From Candidatus Bathyarchaeota archaeon (GTDB lineage: Archaea > Thermoproteota > Bathyarchaeia > 40CM-2-53-6): a stretch of DNA of 64,000 bases. The translations under genes were made by a program, and so were the position numbers. The stretch is taken from positions 832,001-896,000 of the forward strand of contig CAVTBR010000001.1 in NCBI GenBank assembly GCA_963733055.1, written 5' to 3'. The notes under the pieces are model-generated. The model was not told the DNA's origin. It worked only from the letters and a program-made list of their open reading frames with translations, and did no database searches. Below are positions 49,885-59,272 of this stretch, piece by piece. Within the stretch, counting starts at the first letter, position 1. Every line of letters starts with the position of its first letter.

Positions 49885-50475
49885 CTAGGTTGATACTCCA
49901 GCGAGTTGTTTAGCTCGTTTTAGGACCGCTTCGTAGAGGATTCTGAACCTCCCGTCTGCAAGGGATCTTTCTAGGTCTTGGAAGTTTGTAAGATTGATTC
50001 CATAGACGCCTTCGTATTCGTCATTCATGAGGCCGCTGTCGATTGGATGTCGATCAAGCATTGCGTATAGTGACGCTTTGTGTAGGATAGTGACGAACAC
50101 GCTCGCTAGTGAACCGTTTTCTAGCAGGTTCTGGCGTTGGCCCAGGTATGGGCATTTCTGGAAATCCTTCGTATTACAGAATTGGTCTGTGCGACCGAAC
50201 AGTCTTGAGTAGACCTGTGCGACTGTGTTGAGAAATTGTGTCTCCGGAAAGAGGGTTTGAAGCGCGGTCTGAGTGGAGTTGTTGAAGCGTTCCTTCGTCT
50301 GTTGCAGGTTTATCTGTGCTTTTCTTGCCTCAGAAGCCCAATGATCTTTGGACCAAAGTAGGCACGACCATTCGCACTTTTGGTCAGCTTCTGAATCCAG
50401 CTGGAGTTGCTTGATGAAATCGGCGGCGTACCCCTGGGGATTAAGGGTTTCAGAATTAGTCTGCAGAGGTTTCAT
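49885..50475 (-). CDS. Hypothetical protein
   Basis: 196-aa ORF filling the gap; four Cys; no motif recognised. Confidence 0.7.
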   Translation of the reverse strand: MKPLQTNSETLNPQGYAADFIKQLQLDSEADQKCEWSCLLWSKDHWASEARKAQINLQQTKERFNNSTQTALQTLFPETQFLNTVAQVYSRLFGRTDQFCNTKDFQKCPYLGQRQNLLENGSLASVFVTILHKASLYAMLDRHPIDSGLMNDEYEGVYGINLTNFQDLERSLADGRFRILYEAVLKRAKQLAGVST

Positions 50476-50541
50476 GTTAATCGAGGCATTATTTTCCGTA
50501 AGTTATGGGTTTCTTGCGGTTCTTCTATTTGATTTTCAATT

Positions 50542-51585
50542 TCAATTATGGAGTGTGCCTATGACTTCACTTAATGAATCCAGCTTGGATTCTGTGAGAA
50601 GGTGGAGGATTTGTCGGTTGATTCTTGACACTATTCCAGGGCCATGATAAACCAACGCGGTGTAAAGTTGTATGGAGGAGGCACCTGCTTCGAAGGCTTT
50701 CCAGGCGTCGAGGCCTGATGATATGCCACCGCACGCATTTATTGGGATTTTACCGTCGGTGTAGTCATAGATGTCCGCTACGATTCGGAGCGTATCGTTG
50801 AATATTGGTGGTCCGCTCAGACCTCCAGTCCCAATGCTCGCACGGGGTTCGTTGACGAGTTTGGTATTTGTTGCGGTCAAGCCAGTGACGCCTGTCTTTG
50901 CGCAAACGTCGATTAGCTTATGGACCTTCTCACGTCCCTCGTCTTCAAAGTAAGGTGGAATCTTCACCCAGATTGGTTTGTTCGACGTCCTTGTTTCGCT
51001 CATTGTTCGTAGAAGCGTGGCGAGCATGTCCGGGTCCTGGAAAACCCTTACCCCCACAGTATTGGGTGTGCTTACGTTTAACTCGATTCCGTCAGCCGAT
51101 GGTTCCATCAGGCGGTAACATTCAACGAATTCCTCTATGTTAAGCCCAGAAACACTCACGACGATGGGGTCCATATTGGACGGCCTTTGAATGATATTTG
51201 TGGCGTTCTCTCGGGCTCCTCTGTTTGGTAGTCCCATTGAGTTGACTAGTGATTGTTCCGGGTAGCGCCACATTCGAGGCTTCGGATTGCCCTCGTGCGG
51301 GTTCAATGTTACAGTGCCCAAAGTCAGATATCCAAACCCTATCCTGAAGAGTGAATTCCACATCTCGCAGTTCTTATCGAATCCTGCAGCGAGTCCAACT
51401 GGGTTTTGCAGTACAAGGTTTCCCACTTTAACGTGGAGTCTTTCATCTGTAACACGCAGTTGCCTGCTCAGCAGACGCCAGAGAGTTGTGCGCTTGAAGA
51501 ACCATTTAGCAATCTCGTGTGCAGTCTCAGGTGGCGCGAGAAACATTGCCGGGCGAACCGTAGTTTCGTAAAGGTTCGGGGTCAA
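50542..51585 (-). CDS. pyrD: Dihydroorotate dehydrogenase, class 2 (quinone-type)
   Basis: NPVGLAAGFDKN, GNPKPR, NVSTPNT, GGLSGPP and QLYT motifs. Confidence 0.9.
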   Translation of the reverse strand: MTPNLYETTVRPAMFLAPPETAHEIAKWFFKRTTLWRLLSRQLRVTDERLHVKVGNLVLQNPVGLAAGFDKNCEMWNSLFRIGFGYLTLGTVTLNPHEGNPKPRMWRYPEQSLVNSMGLPNRGARENATNIIQRPSNMDPIVVSVSGLNIEEFVECYRLMEPSADGIELNVSTPNTVGVRVFQDPDMLATLLRTMSETRTSNKPIWVKIPPYFEDEGREKVHKLIDVCAKTGVTGLTATNTKLVNEPRASIGTGGLSGPPIFNDTLRIVADIYDYTDGKIPINACGGISSGLDAWKAFEAGASSIQLYTALVYHGPGIVSRINRQILHLLTESKLDSLSEVIGTLHN

Positions 51586-51810
51586 GCCAGATTACTCACT
51601 TACAGTTCGCGGCCGCTAACACAACGCTCGATATAACAGGTGTCAAAACCCATGGCCACTTTAAACTCGGATTCAATCGCCATTCTTGGCCTCTCGCTCG
51701 TGTTGTGTACGTCCGATAACCCACATGCGGTTTCCCTACTTCTGTTCTCATTGTTGGTAATTGTTAACTCGTCTATTATACGTCCGAGGGCATTTCTTTG
51801 CCAGGTCTCC

Positions 51811-52347
51811 ATGAAAAGTGCCGAAAGCGCGCTTCTTTCAGAGATCATGACAACTAACATCGTCACGATGGACATTACTGAACGCGTGGAAGAAGCTCTC
51901 CGGCTAATGGTCAAGTTCGATATCGGAAGCGTAGTGGTGACTGACAAACAGAGCCCCGTTGGTATAATTACTGAACGGGACGTAACCCGGGCCGCTTTGA
52001 GGGGAGATAGTTTACTTAAGTTACCTGCTCGGAGTCTCATGTCTCGGCCTCTGCAAACCGGTACTCCGGACATGGAGATATGGCGAAGCTTCGAGACAAT
52101 GTTGCGATTAGGCGTCAGGCGTCTTCCGATAATGAAAGATGGAAAGTTGGTTGGCATAGTAACTGAGAAGGATCTGACGAGGTGGGTGCTTCGAGTATTT
52201 TATGAACCGAAGCTGCCCGATGAGATTCGTACTCTCGTCAAGAACCAAAAGATCGAAGCCCTAACAGGTAGACCACGTTGTCCAAGTTGCGGCCGTTACC
52301 AAGACGAGTGTATTTGCGTGCGGACTCAGTTGGCAAGTGAAGAGTAG
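51811..52347 (+). CDS. CBS-pair protein with a C-terminal Cys cluster (CPSC...CIC)
   Basis: GIITERD, RRLPIM and GIVTEKD motifs; ATG 51811 is preferred over 51640. Confidence 0.85.
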   Translation: MKSAESALLSEIMTTNIVTMDITERVEEALRLMVKFDIGSVVVTDKQSPVGIITERDVTRAALRGDSLLKLPARSLMSRPLQTGTPDMEIWRSFETMLRLGVRRLPIMKDGKLVGIVTEKDLTRWVLRVFYEPKLPDEIRTLVKNQKIEALTGRPRCPSCGRYQDECICVRTQLASEE

Positions 52348-52360
52348 GGCATTTGCGTTT

Positions 52361-52663
52361 TCATTTGACGGCGTAAATCGAATATATTATCACGGCGAAA
52401 CCGAGAACCATCACGGTTGTTCCAGTAGCCATTGCGTTCAACAATTCTGAGCCGAGTAGCACGTAGAGTATTCCTTCAATAATAGTGCCAGCTGTTATTA
52501 GTGCAAACCCAAGCGCTACGTAAAGTAGTGGCTTGCTGGAGTTTCTCTTGTATCCTTTGTATGCTAGGTAGACGATGAATGCCCCAAGAATGAGGGCTAC
52601 GATTTTAGTAAGTGTGGTTACCCAGAAGATCTGAGAAAATTCTACCACGACCGTCCACTTCAC
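52361..52663 (-). CDS. Three-TM membrane protein coupled to the upstream HTH gene
   Basis: LAYKGYKR...LALGF-like segment, G...EG, GF..IIYSIY. Confidence 0.75.
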   Translation of the reverse strand: MKWTVVVEFSQIFWVTTLTKIVALILGAFIVYLAYKGYKRNSSKPLLYVALGFALITAGTIIEGILYVLLGSELLNAMATGTTVMVLGFAVIIYSIYAVK

Positions 52664-53023
52664 CTAGACTGTTGGGATAGACGTCCACATTCGTGTAAAA
52701 CGGTCCGAAACATGTTCATTAACTATTATCTCGATACGAACATCGCCATTTTCGAAGCCCACATCGATCCGCCGAAGAAGGCTTCTGTATAGGTCAAACC
52801 ATTTGCCGTCCGTTGTCCTGCCTGATTTAACTGCGGCTAGCAAACCTGCTTCCACGAGCTCCTCTATGCGCCTGTAAACTGTGGTTATCGGTATCTCATA
52901 CTTCTTGCTCAATTCGAGCGCGCTAATGGGTTCTTGAATTGTAGCCGTCAATATCTTCCTGGAATACTCGTCGGCCATAGCCGCAAGGATGCGTTGCTTT
53001 GACGGATCATCACTAACTATCAA
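52664..53023 (-). CDS. ArsR-like winged-HTH regulator
   Basis: DEYSRKIL...SALELS...IP.TTVYRRIEELVEAGLL. Confidence 0.85.
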   Translation of the reverse strand: MIVSDDPSKQRILAAMADEYSRKILTATIQEPISALELSKKYEIPITTVYRRIEELVEAGLLAAVKSGRTTDGKWFDLYRSLLRRIDVGFENGDVRIEIIVNEHVSDRFTRMWTSIPTV

Positions 53024-53120
53024 GGGTGCCCGATTCCGAACCGTGCCTCAAGTCACGATACATAACACTTTCCTAGACCTCCTAAATAACCAAATAAATT
53101 AGCCGCTCACTTCTCCATCC

Positions 53121-54296
53121 ATGTTCGAGAATGAGGGGAGATTCTTGCGGGTGGGCATAGTAGGGATAGGGCAAACGAAGTTCGGGAAGATTCCTGACAC
53201 TTCAAGCCGAGAACTTGTCGCTGAAGCTTTCAAGGCAGCGCTATCCGATGCTGGGATGGGAATGAAGGATATTTCGACTCTAATTGTTTGTTCGGGATCT
53301 CACTATGATAAGCAGCGGTCTCCTGCGGGGATTATGGCTGAATACTTAGGGCTTAACCCAATCCCCACGTTGCACGTAGAGGCGGCCTGTGCCTCTTCAG
53401 GCGTTGGGGTTAGGGTGGGTTGGTCCATGATTCAAGCCGGGTTGCACGATGTTGTTGCGGTTGTTGGCTTTCAGAAGATGACGGAACTCGACGCTGCAGA
53501 GGTGCAGGATGTAATGAGCAGGTCGGGGGATGTGATGTGGGAGTCTCCCTTCGGTCCGACTATGCCGGCGTATTATGCGATGCATGCTCGAGCGCACATG
53601 GACCGGTATGGGACAACCGAGGAACAGCTGGCGCTCGTATCGGTTAAGAACCACATGTATGGCGCTAAGAATCCGTACGCGATGTTCCAAAAGGAAATCA
53701 CAATCGACGATGTTCTAAAATCCCGAATCGTCGCAAGTCCACTCAAACTTTATGATTGCTGCGCAAACGCAGATGGCGCCGCGTGCATAATTCTAGCGGG
53801 TGAAAAGTTGGCACGGAAGTTCACGGACAGTCCGGTTTGGTTAGCAGGCTTAGGGCTCGCATCAAGTCCCATGTCTCTTACGAGTCGCAGCGAATTCGCG
53901 AGCTTCGAATGCAGCGTTCTCGCAGCCAAACAGGCTTACAAGATGGCTAAAGTGACCGCACGACAAATGGACGTAGCAGAAGTACACGACAGCTTCACCT
54001 CTGCGGAGATAATCAACTATGAGGATCTAGGATTCTGCAAACGCGGGGGAGGCGGGAGGTTCGTTGAGGAGGGGCAATCATACATTGGTGGAAAAATGCC
54101 GGTAAACGTCGACGGAGGATTACTAGCAAAGGGGCATCCTGTAGGTGCGACGGGAGCCGCTCACATAATCTCCATTGCAAAGCAGCTCCGCAACGAATCC
54201 AACGCTAGTCAGGTACCAAACGCGAAACTTGGCCTAGCTCACAACATCGGGGGAATCGGAATGTACGCTGTTTGCACGGTCCTTCGCGCGAACTAA
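53121..54296 (+). CDS. Thiolase (SCP-x/archaeal type)
   Basis: EAACASSG, EVHD, GHPVGATG and HNIGG motifs. Confidence 0.92.
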   Translation: MFENEGRFLRVGIVGIGQTKFGKIPDTSSRELVAEAFKAALSDAGMGMKDISTLIVCSGSHYDKQRSPAGIMAEYLGLNPIPTLHVEAACASSGVGVRVGWSMIQAGLHDVVAVVGFQKMTELDAAEVQDVMSRSGDVMWESPFGPTMPAYYAMHARAHMDRYGTTEEQLALVSVKNHMYGAKNPYAMFQKEITIDDVLKSRIVASPLKLYDCCANADGAACIILAGEKLARKFTDSPVWLAGLGLASSPMSLTSRSEFASFECSVLAAKQAYKMAKVTARQMDVAEVHDSFTSAEIINYEDLGFCKRGGGGRFVEEGQSYIGGKMPVNVDGGLLAKGHPVGATGAAHIISIAKQLRNESNASQVPNAKLGLAHNIGGIGMYAVCTVLRAN

Positions 54297-54306
54297 CCTT
54301 AACGGC

Positions 54307-54732
54307 ATGATGGTGCTGAAGTTGGGTTTTGAAAAATTCGGATGGGTTTCATTTGCAAGCCAAACGAGAGTCTCAAAATTCGTTGAGTACTTGGAGGCGG
54401 GTAAAATCACTGGTACGAAATGCCTAGAATGCGGTGCCATACAATTTCCGCCTCGGGCATATTGCCGTCAATGTCTCTCGTCTAACTTCGAATGGGAGAT
54501 ATTGTCGGGAGATTGTTCATTGATAACGTTCACAAAAGTAGATGCGGCTCCATCATCTTTCAAAGAACAAGCCCCATATTTACTAGGCTTAGGTCAATTT
54601 TCCGAAGGGCCTAAGGTCTTGGCATGGATCGATCAGAGAATTCCGATGGAGAATCTAAAACCGGGCACAAAACTGAAGCTTAAGCCTTCGAAGCTAGCAA
54701 ATGGAAACATTTCCTACGTCCTCACGAGCTAG
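54307..54732 (+). CDS. DUF35 Zn-ribbon/OB-fold thiolase partner
   Basis: KCLECG...FPPRAYCRQC; directly follows the thiolase. Confidence 0.9.
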   Translation: MMVLKLGFEKFGWVSFASQTRVSKFVEYLEAGKITGTKCLECGAIQFPPRAYCRQCLSSNFEWEILSGDCSLITFTKVDAAPSSFKEQAPYLLGLGQFSEGPKVLAWIDQRIPMENLKPGTKLKLKPSKLANGNISYVLTS

Positions 54733-55036
54733 GTCGATGAGAGGGATCTCCTAGACAGTCGAAACTCCACACTACTTCGACAGCGTGTACCAGAACATCT
54801 CAGCTAAACTGGATGTCGATGTTCTTTCCCGTTACGGCAACAAGCAGGTAAATATTCATCGTCAAGTTCTGCGTCGTTTGCTGCCGGTTTTTCTTCTACC
54901 ACGAAGCCCTCTCTACAGTAGCCACAAATCAGATTAAAGCATTTGGGCCTTGTCCGCAGACGACTAGTTTTGTTATTTCGAACTCGATATGAGTCGATCC
55001 TGAGTACTTACTTTTGCTGCGAATTAATTTCTCAGG

Positions 55037-55408
55037 CTAGACTTCCTGAGTCCTTATTGATGTCCTCGGAGTTTCTCTTGTCACATAAACGAGTAGCCGG
55101 CCCCTCTTGTGGCCCCAATCGGTTATCCTGTAGAGCCTGTCGTCCAACTTTGCGGTGGACATGATGCCCAAAAGCCCCTCCAGCACGTAGCTGTGATATT
55201 TGGTGCCGACTAGATACCAGTACCCAGTAATCCCTAGCAAGAGAATTCCTAGGACATTCATCTTGCCGACAAAAACCAGTTTGTCTTTGTAGCGTTTTAT
55301 GAGAAGAAATCGTCCGGTAGTGATTTTCTCATAGACTAAGACGGGCACGCGGTTGTTGAATTGAGTCAGTTGCTCAAAAGTGGGCGACTGATCTTCCTCT
55401 CTGACCAT
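55037..55408 (-). CDS. Hypothetical membrane-anchored protein
   Basis: 123-aa ORF with one hydrophobic segment. Confidence 0.55.
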   Translation of the reverse strand: MVREEDQSPTFEQLTQFNNRVPVLVYEKITTGRFLLIKRYKDKLVFVGKMNVLGILLLGITGYWYLVGTKYHSYVLEGLLGIMSTAKLDDRLYRITDWGHKRGRLLVYVTRETPRTSIRTQEV

Positions 55409-55549
55409 TATTCACGTTTAGAGCGAAATAAAGCCTACTCCACCTGGAGCCCATGGGTCGCGGCATATGGTTTTGGGAAACCTCGCATCGGACGTGGTTG
55501 CTTGTAACATATAGCTCTGTAAACCCCAGATGGATGGTGGTCTACCTAT

Positions 55550-56320
55550 ATGGCGAAGATATCAGGTAAAGTTGCGATAATTACGGGAGCAAGCGGCGGC
55601 ATTGGGCGCGCCACCGCCTTGGAGTTCGCGAGAGAGGGTGCAGACCTAGTCCTTCAGTACAACTCCAATCGGACTGCGGCGGAGAAGGTTGCACGTGAAA
55701 TAAACTCCCTCGGTCGCGAGGCACTGCTTTCTCAAGTCAACTTCGCAGAAATTAAGGGGTCTCCCCACCAGGTCAGGGAGATGGCTGAGGTTGCGGTTGG
55801 CAAGTATGGGAAAGTGGATTTTCTAGTAAACCTAGCGGGCTACCCCGCAAGGGGGGAATGGAATCGACGTTTTCTAGAGCTATCACCTAACGACTTCTTC
55901 AAACCTATCAACGTGGACCTGTTCGGATCCTTTCTCTGTGCGCAGGCCCTTGCGCCGCAATTTCAGAAACAAAAGAAGGGAGTAATCGTGAACGTTAGCT
56001 CAACACCTGCTTTGGGCGGACACGATAAGGGGTTTGCATTCACGGTAGCTAAGGCGGGCATTATTGGGTTGACGAAAGCGCTTGCCGTTGAGCTTGCACC
56101 ATACGTTCGAGTAAACACAGTAGCGCTCGGAAACGTTGAAACAGAATGGGTAACAGAACTGACGGCGGAAGAGTTGGAAAGGGAGAAACGTGAGAATCTC
56201 ATCAACCGATTCGGGAAACCTGAAGAGATTGCTAAGATTCTTACGTTCCTTTGTTCAGACGATTCGACATTCATAAACGGGCAAACGGTCGTGTTGGACG
56301 GCGGAAGTATACTTCACTAG
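55550..56320 (+). CDS. Short-chain dehydrogenase/reductase with FxxxK in place of YxxxK
   Basis: TGASGGIG, NLAG, NVSS, AFTVAK and DGG motifs. Confidence 0.9.
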   Translation: MAKISGKVAIITGASGGIGRATALEFAREGADLVLQYNSNRTAAEKVAREINSLGREALLSQVNFAEIKGSPHQVREMAEVAVGKYGKVDFLVNLAGYPARGEWNRRFLELSPNDFFKPINVDLFGSFLCAQALAPQFQKQKKGVIVNVSSTPALGGHDKGFAFTVAKAGIIGLTKALAVELAPYVRVNTVALGNVETEWVTELTAEELEREKRENLINRFGKPEEIAKILTFLCSDDSTFINGQTVVLDGGSILH

Positions 56321-56423
56321 TTTCCATAGGGTGGTTCACAAAACATTGGACTATACATCACAGTGGTGAGCTGGACTAACTTGAGTTCGGAATCCTTAAA
56401 GGAGCATTTCCTTTCCACCTAGA

Positions 56424-57419
56424 ATGGGATCCATGTCAAAGACAAATGCGGAACCGAACATTTTTCCGGGCAACTGGACTGTTAAGACGCAACAGTTGCT
56501 TCGCACGTACGAACAGTCTTTTGTTCAAGACTGGAACCCCGTCACATTGTCCTGGGACACACTAGATCCCACAGGCTTAGACACAAAGGAACGCGTTGCG
56601 CAAGCGTATTGGATGGCGAAGCTTGCGCTATTCGAGAAATCAGGAATCGCAGCGTTCGGAACGGCGATGTTGAAGGCGGCTATGTATGATATGGAAGATC
56701 CAACCAAGAAGTTTCTCGCCGCGGTAACATTCGATGAATGCAGACACGACGAAGTTTGCAGGCGCGCTTGCAACAAGCTCTGCCCGAACTTCCCATACAA
56801 GTACAACGCAACGACTGACTTCGAAAAGATGGCGTTGAAGAACATCACTGCTCTTTACGACAACGGAAGGAGGTACTGGGACGGGTTCATGAAAGCTTGG
56901 GACAAATATCCATTGGAGCTGATATTCTCAAGCTTCTTCTTCGCGGAGATAGGAGCTCAACTTATCTTCAATACAGTGAGTGAACTTTCAAAAATCAAAC
57001 TCTACAAAGAAGCGTTTCAAAACGTGACGGTGGACGAATCACGACACCTAGCCGGAACATTATCCCTCCTTGACAACCTCGCCAAAGACTTCAAGTCCGA
57101 TCAGAAATTGATGATAACACGACAGATGAAACACGGCTTCATCTTCCTCTCTCCCCTACTCTACCACCCGTTGCCCATATTCTGGCATTTGCCAAAAGAC
57201 TTCGATAAGATCGACACGGAAATGGAGGAAGTTGCAAGAGACTCAGGTCTAGGAGTGCCTTCCATCGACGAAAAAACGAACGGCTGGCGTAAGGCAATTC
57301 AGAGGCGTAGAGAACAGATCGAGAAACTGGGCATTCCTGTTCCTGCCATCCCTGAAATTGGCTTGGAAGGCGCAGAAGTTGACGTACGAGCTGACGAACC
57401 CGTGGCCACCCCATTCTAG
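56424..57419 (+). CDS. Ferritin-like di-iron carboxylate protein
   Basis: LFEKS, FDECRH, FAEIG and VDESRH give the E/ExxH/E/ExxH ligand set. Confidence 0.82.
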   Translation: MGSMSKTNAEPNIFPGNWTVKTQQLLRTYEQSFVQDWNPVTLSWDTLDPTGLDTKERVAQAYWMAKLALFEKSGIAAFGTAMLKAAMYDMEDPTKKFLAAVTFDECRHDEVCRRACNKLCPNFPYKYNATTDFEKMALKNITALYDNGRRYWDGFMKAWDKYPLELIFSSFFFAEIGAQLIFNTVSELSKIKLYKEAFQNVTVDESRHLAGTLSLLDNLAKDFKSDQKLMITRQMKHGFIFLSPLLYHPLPIFWHLPKDFDKIDTEMEEVARDSGLGVPSIDEKTNGWRKAIQRRREQIEKLGIPVPAIPEIGLEGAEVDVRADEPVATPF

Positions 57420-57425
57420 GAGTAA

Positions 57426-58292
57426 CTACTTTCCTCTAAAAACCGGCCTTCTTTTTTCGAAGAAAGCGCGGACAGCTTCAAGATGATCGGATGTTGCGCC
57501 CGCGATCTCTTGCAAATAACTCTCATACTCCAGAACCGTTTCCAAGTCGGTAGAGATTGATTTGTTCAACGCTCGCTTGGTAAGGGCGATCGCTCTCGTA
57601 GGGCCTTGAGATAATTTAGCGGCGAGTTCCCTCGAAACTATCATCACCTGGTCTGTTGGAACAACTTTTGAGACCAATCCTAGGCGTTCCGCGTCTTTGG
57701 CCGTGAGCTCGTCTCCCGTCAAAGACAGCTCTAGCGCCTTCGCAAAGCCCACCAGTCTAGGAAGGAAGAAGCTAGTGCCGGAGTCCGGTGCAAGGCCAAC
57801 GCGAATGAATGCTTGAATGAACTTTGCGTTTTCTGCAGCTATCCGAAAGTCGCATGAGTATGCGATTCCTGCTCCGGCACCCGCAGCCACACCATTCACC
57901 GCTGCGATGACTGGCTTGGGCATTTGGCGGATGCGCCGAATGATCGGGTTGTATTTGTAATGAAGCCTCTCACCAAGTCTAGGATTCTCGCCCCTCTCAT
58001 ACTGCCCACGCAGGTCTTGAATGTCCTCTCCGGCGGAGAAGGCTCTGCCTTTGCCCGTTATGATAACTGAACGCACTTCCTCGTCTTTGGAGGTGACTTT
58101 CAGGGCGTCCAAGAATTCCTGTCCCATTCTTTCGTTTACAGCGTTGAGCACTTCTGGCCTGTTGAGTGTTATTGTACTGATGTTCTCGGATTTTTCATAA
58201 AGGATTGCCTGATAAGGTTGGCTCGTTTGCGATCCCTCATCGTCAAGTAGGGTTCTGTTGTTTGTTGACACGCGGTTGAATGAGTGTGGCAA
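57426..58292 (-). CDS. paaG: PaaG-like crotonase (oxepin-CoA isomerase type); true start uncertain, possibly near 58226
   Basis: RAFSAG.D, YNPII, NGVAAGAG and FIQAF.RVGL.PDSG..FFLPRLVG motifs. Confidence 0.75.
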   Translation of the reverse strand: MPHSFNRVSTNNRTLLDDEGSQTSQPYQAILYEKSENISTITLNRPEVLNAVNERMGQEFLDALKVTSKDEEVRSVIITGKGRAFSAGEDIQDLRGQYERGENPRLGERLHYKYNPIIRRIRQMPKPVIAAVNGVAAGAGAGIAYSCDFRIAAENAKFIQAFIRVGLAPDSGTSFFLPRLVGFAKALELSLTGDELTAKDAERLGLVSKVVPTDQVMIVSRELAAKLSQGPTRAIALTKRALNKSISTDLETVLEYESYLQEIAGATSDHLEAVRAFFEKRRPVFRGK

Positions 58293-58497
58293 GTACTGGG
58301 CCGAGCAGCAACGCGAGGAAGAGCAGAAAAACGGCGGTAGCGCCCACTTTTATCACAACATCACTCGACGTGAGTGTGTAGTTACATTTCAAGCCTCCTA
58401 GAAATGGAGTACCCTGAAGACAATTCAGCAGACCAACCAGTCCAACCAAGGCAATCGCTGAGCCAATAAAGGTGATTTCAAAAATCCGGCGGTTCAA
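58243..58497 (-). CDS. Small two-TM protein between the two crotonases
   Basis: TTG 58497 lies one base after the upstream stop; two hydrophobic helices flank a loop with two Cys. Confidence 0.6.
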   Translation of the reverse strand: MNRRIFEITFIGSAIALVGLVGLLNCLQGTPFLGGLKCNYTLTSSDVVIKVGATAVFLLFLALLLGPVLATLIQPRVNKQQNPT

Positions 58498-58498
58498 T

Positions 58499-59272
58499 CT
58501 ATTTCCCTTTGAAGGTTGGTTTTCGCTTCTCAAGGAAAGCCTTCATGCCCTCCTTTCCATCCTCGGTTGCGAACAGCATGTAGAACGCCTTTCGTTCAAA
58601 TTCCAATCCAACTTCAAGGGTCGTGTCCTGTGCCCTCAAGATCGCTTCTTTGGCGGATCGGATTGAGATTGGAGGTTTTGACGCTATGTCGGTGGCCAGC
58701 TTCTTAGCTTCCTCCATCAAGCTTTCCGGGGGAACTACATGATTGACCAAACCAATCCTGTACGCTTCGTCCGCCGAGATAGACTTGCCCGTCAGAATCA
58801 TTTCCATCGCCTTGTATTTTCCAACAACGCGCGGTAAGCGTTGCGTCCCACCTGCACCCGGAATAATCCCAACGTTTACTTCTGGTTGACCGAACGTTGC
58901 AGTTTCAGAGGCGACAACAAGGTCACAATTCATAGCTAGCTCATTTCCGCCTCCTAGGCAGTAACCGTTCACAGCCGCTATGATGGGCTTCGAGACTTTC
59001 CTGATCCGATCCCACAACTCAAACCTTCGACCAAGCACTAGGTCAACAGGTGTAGCGAGCGACATTTCCGCCAAGTCCGCTCCGGCCGCGAAGGCCCTTT
59101 CGCCGCCCGTCAGAATAATCACTTTGATGGTTGCCTCTCTATCCAATTCCTCAAGCGCGTTTACCAGTTCCGTCATGAGCTCGAAATTAAGGGCGTTCAT
59201 AACCTTCGGGCGATTCAATTGAATTATTCCAATAGCGCCCTCTTTCGTGACCAATATGCTCTGGTAACTCAA
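58499..59272 (-). CDS. paaF: Enoyl-CoA hydratase (PaaF-like)
   Basis: AFAAGADL, GGGNELA and GQPE...GIIPGAGGTQRL; both catalytic Glu present. Confidence 0.8.
   Translation of the reverse strand: MSYQSILVTKEGAIGIIQLNRPKVMNALNFELMTELVNALEELDREATIKVIILTGGERAFAAGADLAEMSLATPVDLVLGRRFELWDRIRKVSKPIIAAVNGYCLGGGNELAMNCDLVVASETATFGQPEVNVGIIPGAGGTQRLPRVVGKYKAMEMILTGKSISADEAYRIGLVNHVVPPESLMEEAKKLATDIASKPPISIRSAKEAILRAQDTTLEVGLEFERKAFYMLFATEDGKEGMKAFLEKRKPTFKGK

Noticed and set aside
51640-51810. Hydrophobic N-terminal extension on the CBS protein
   Set aside because: The region contains a TATA-like TATTATA about 30 nt before ATG 51811 and is more likely promoter DNA.
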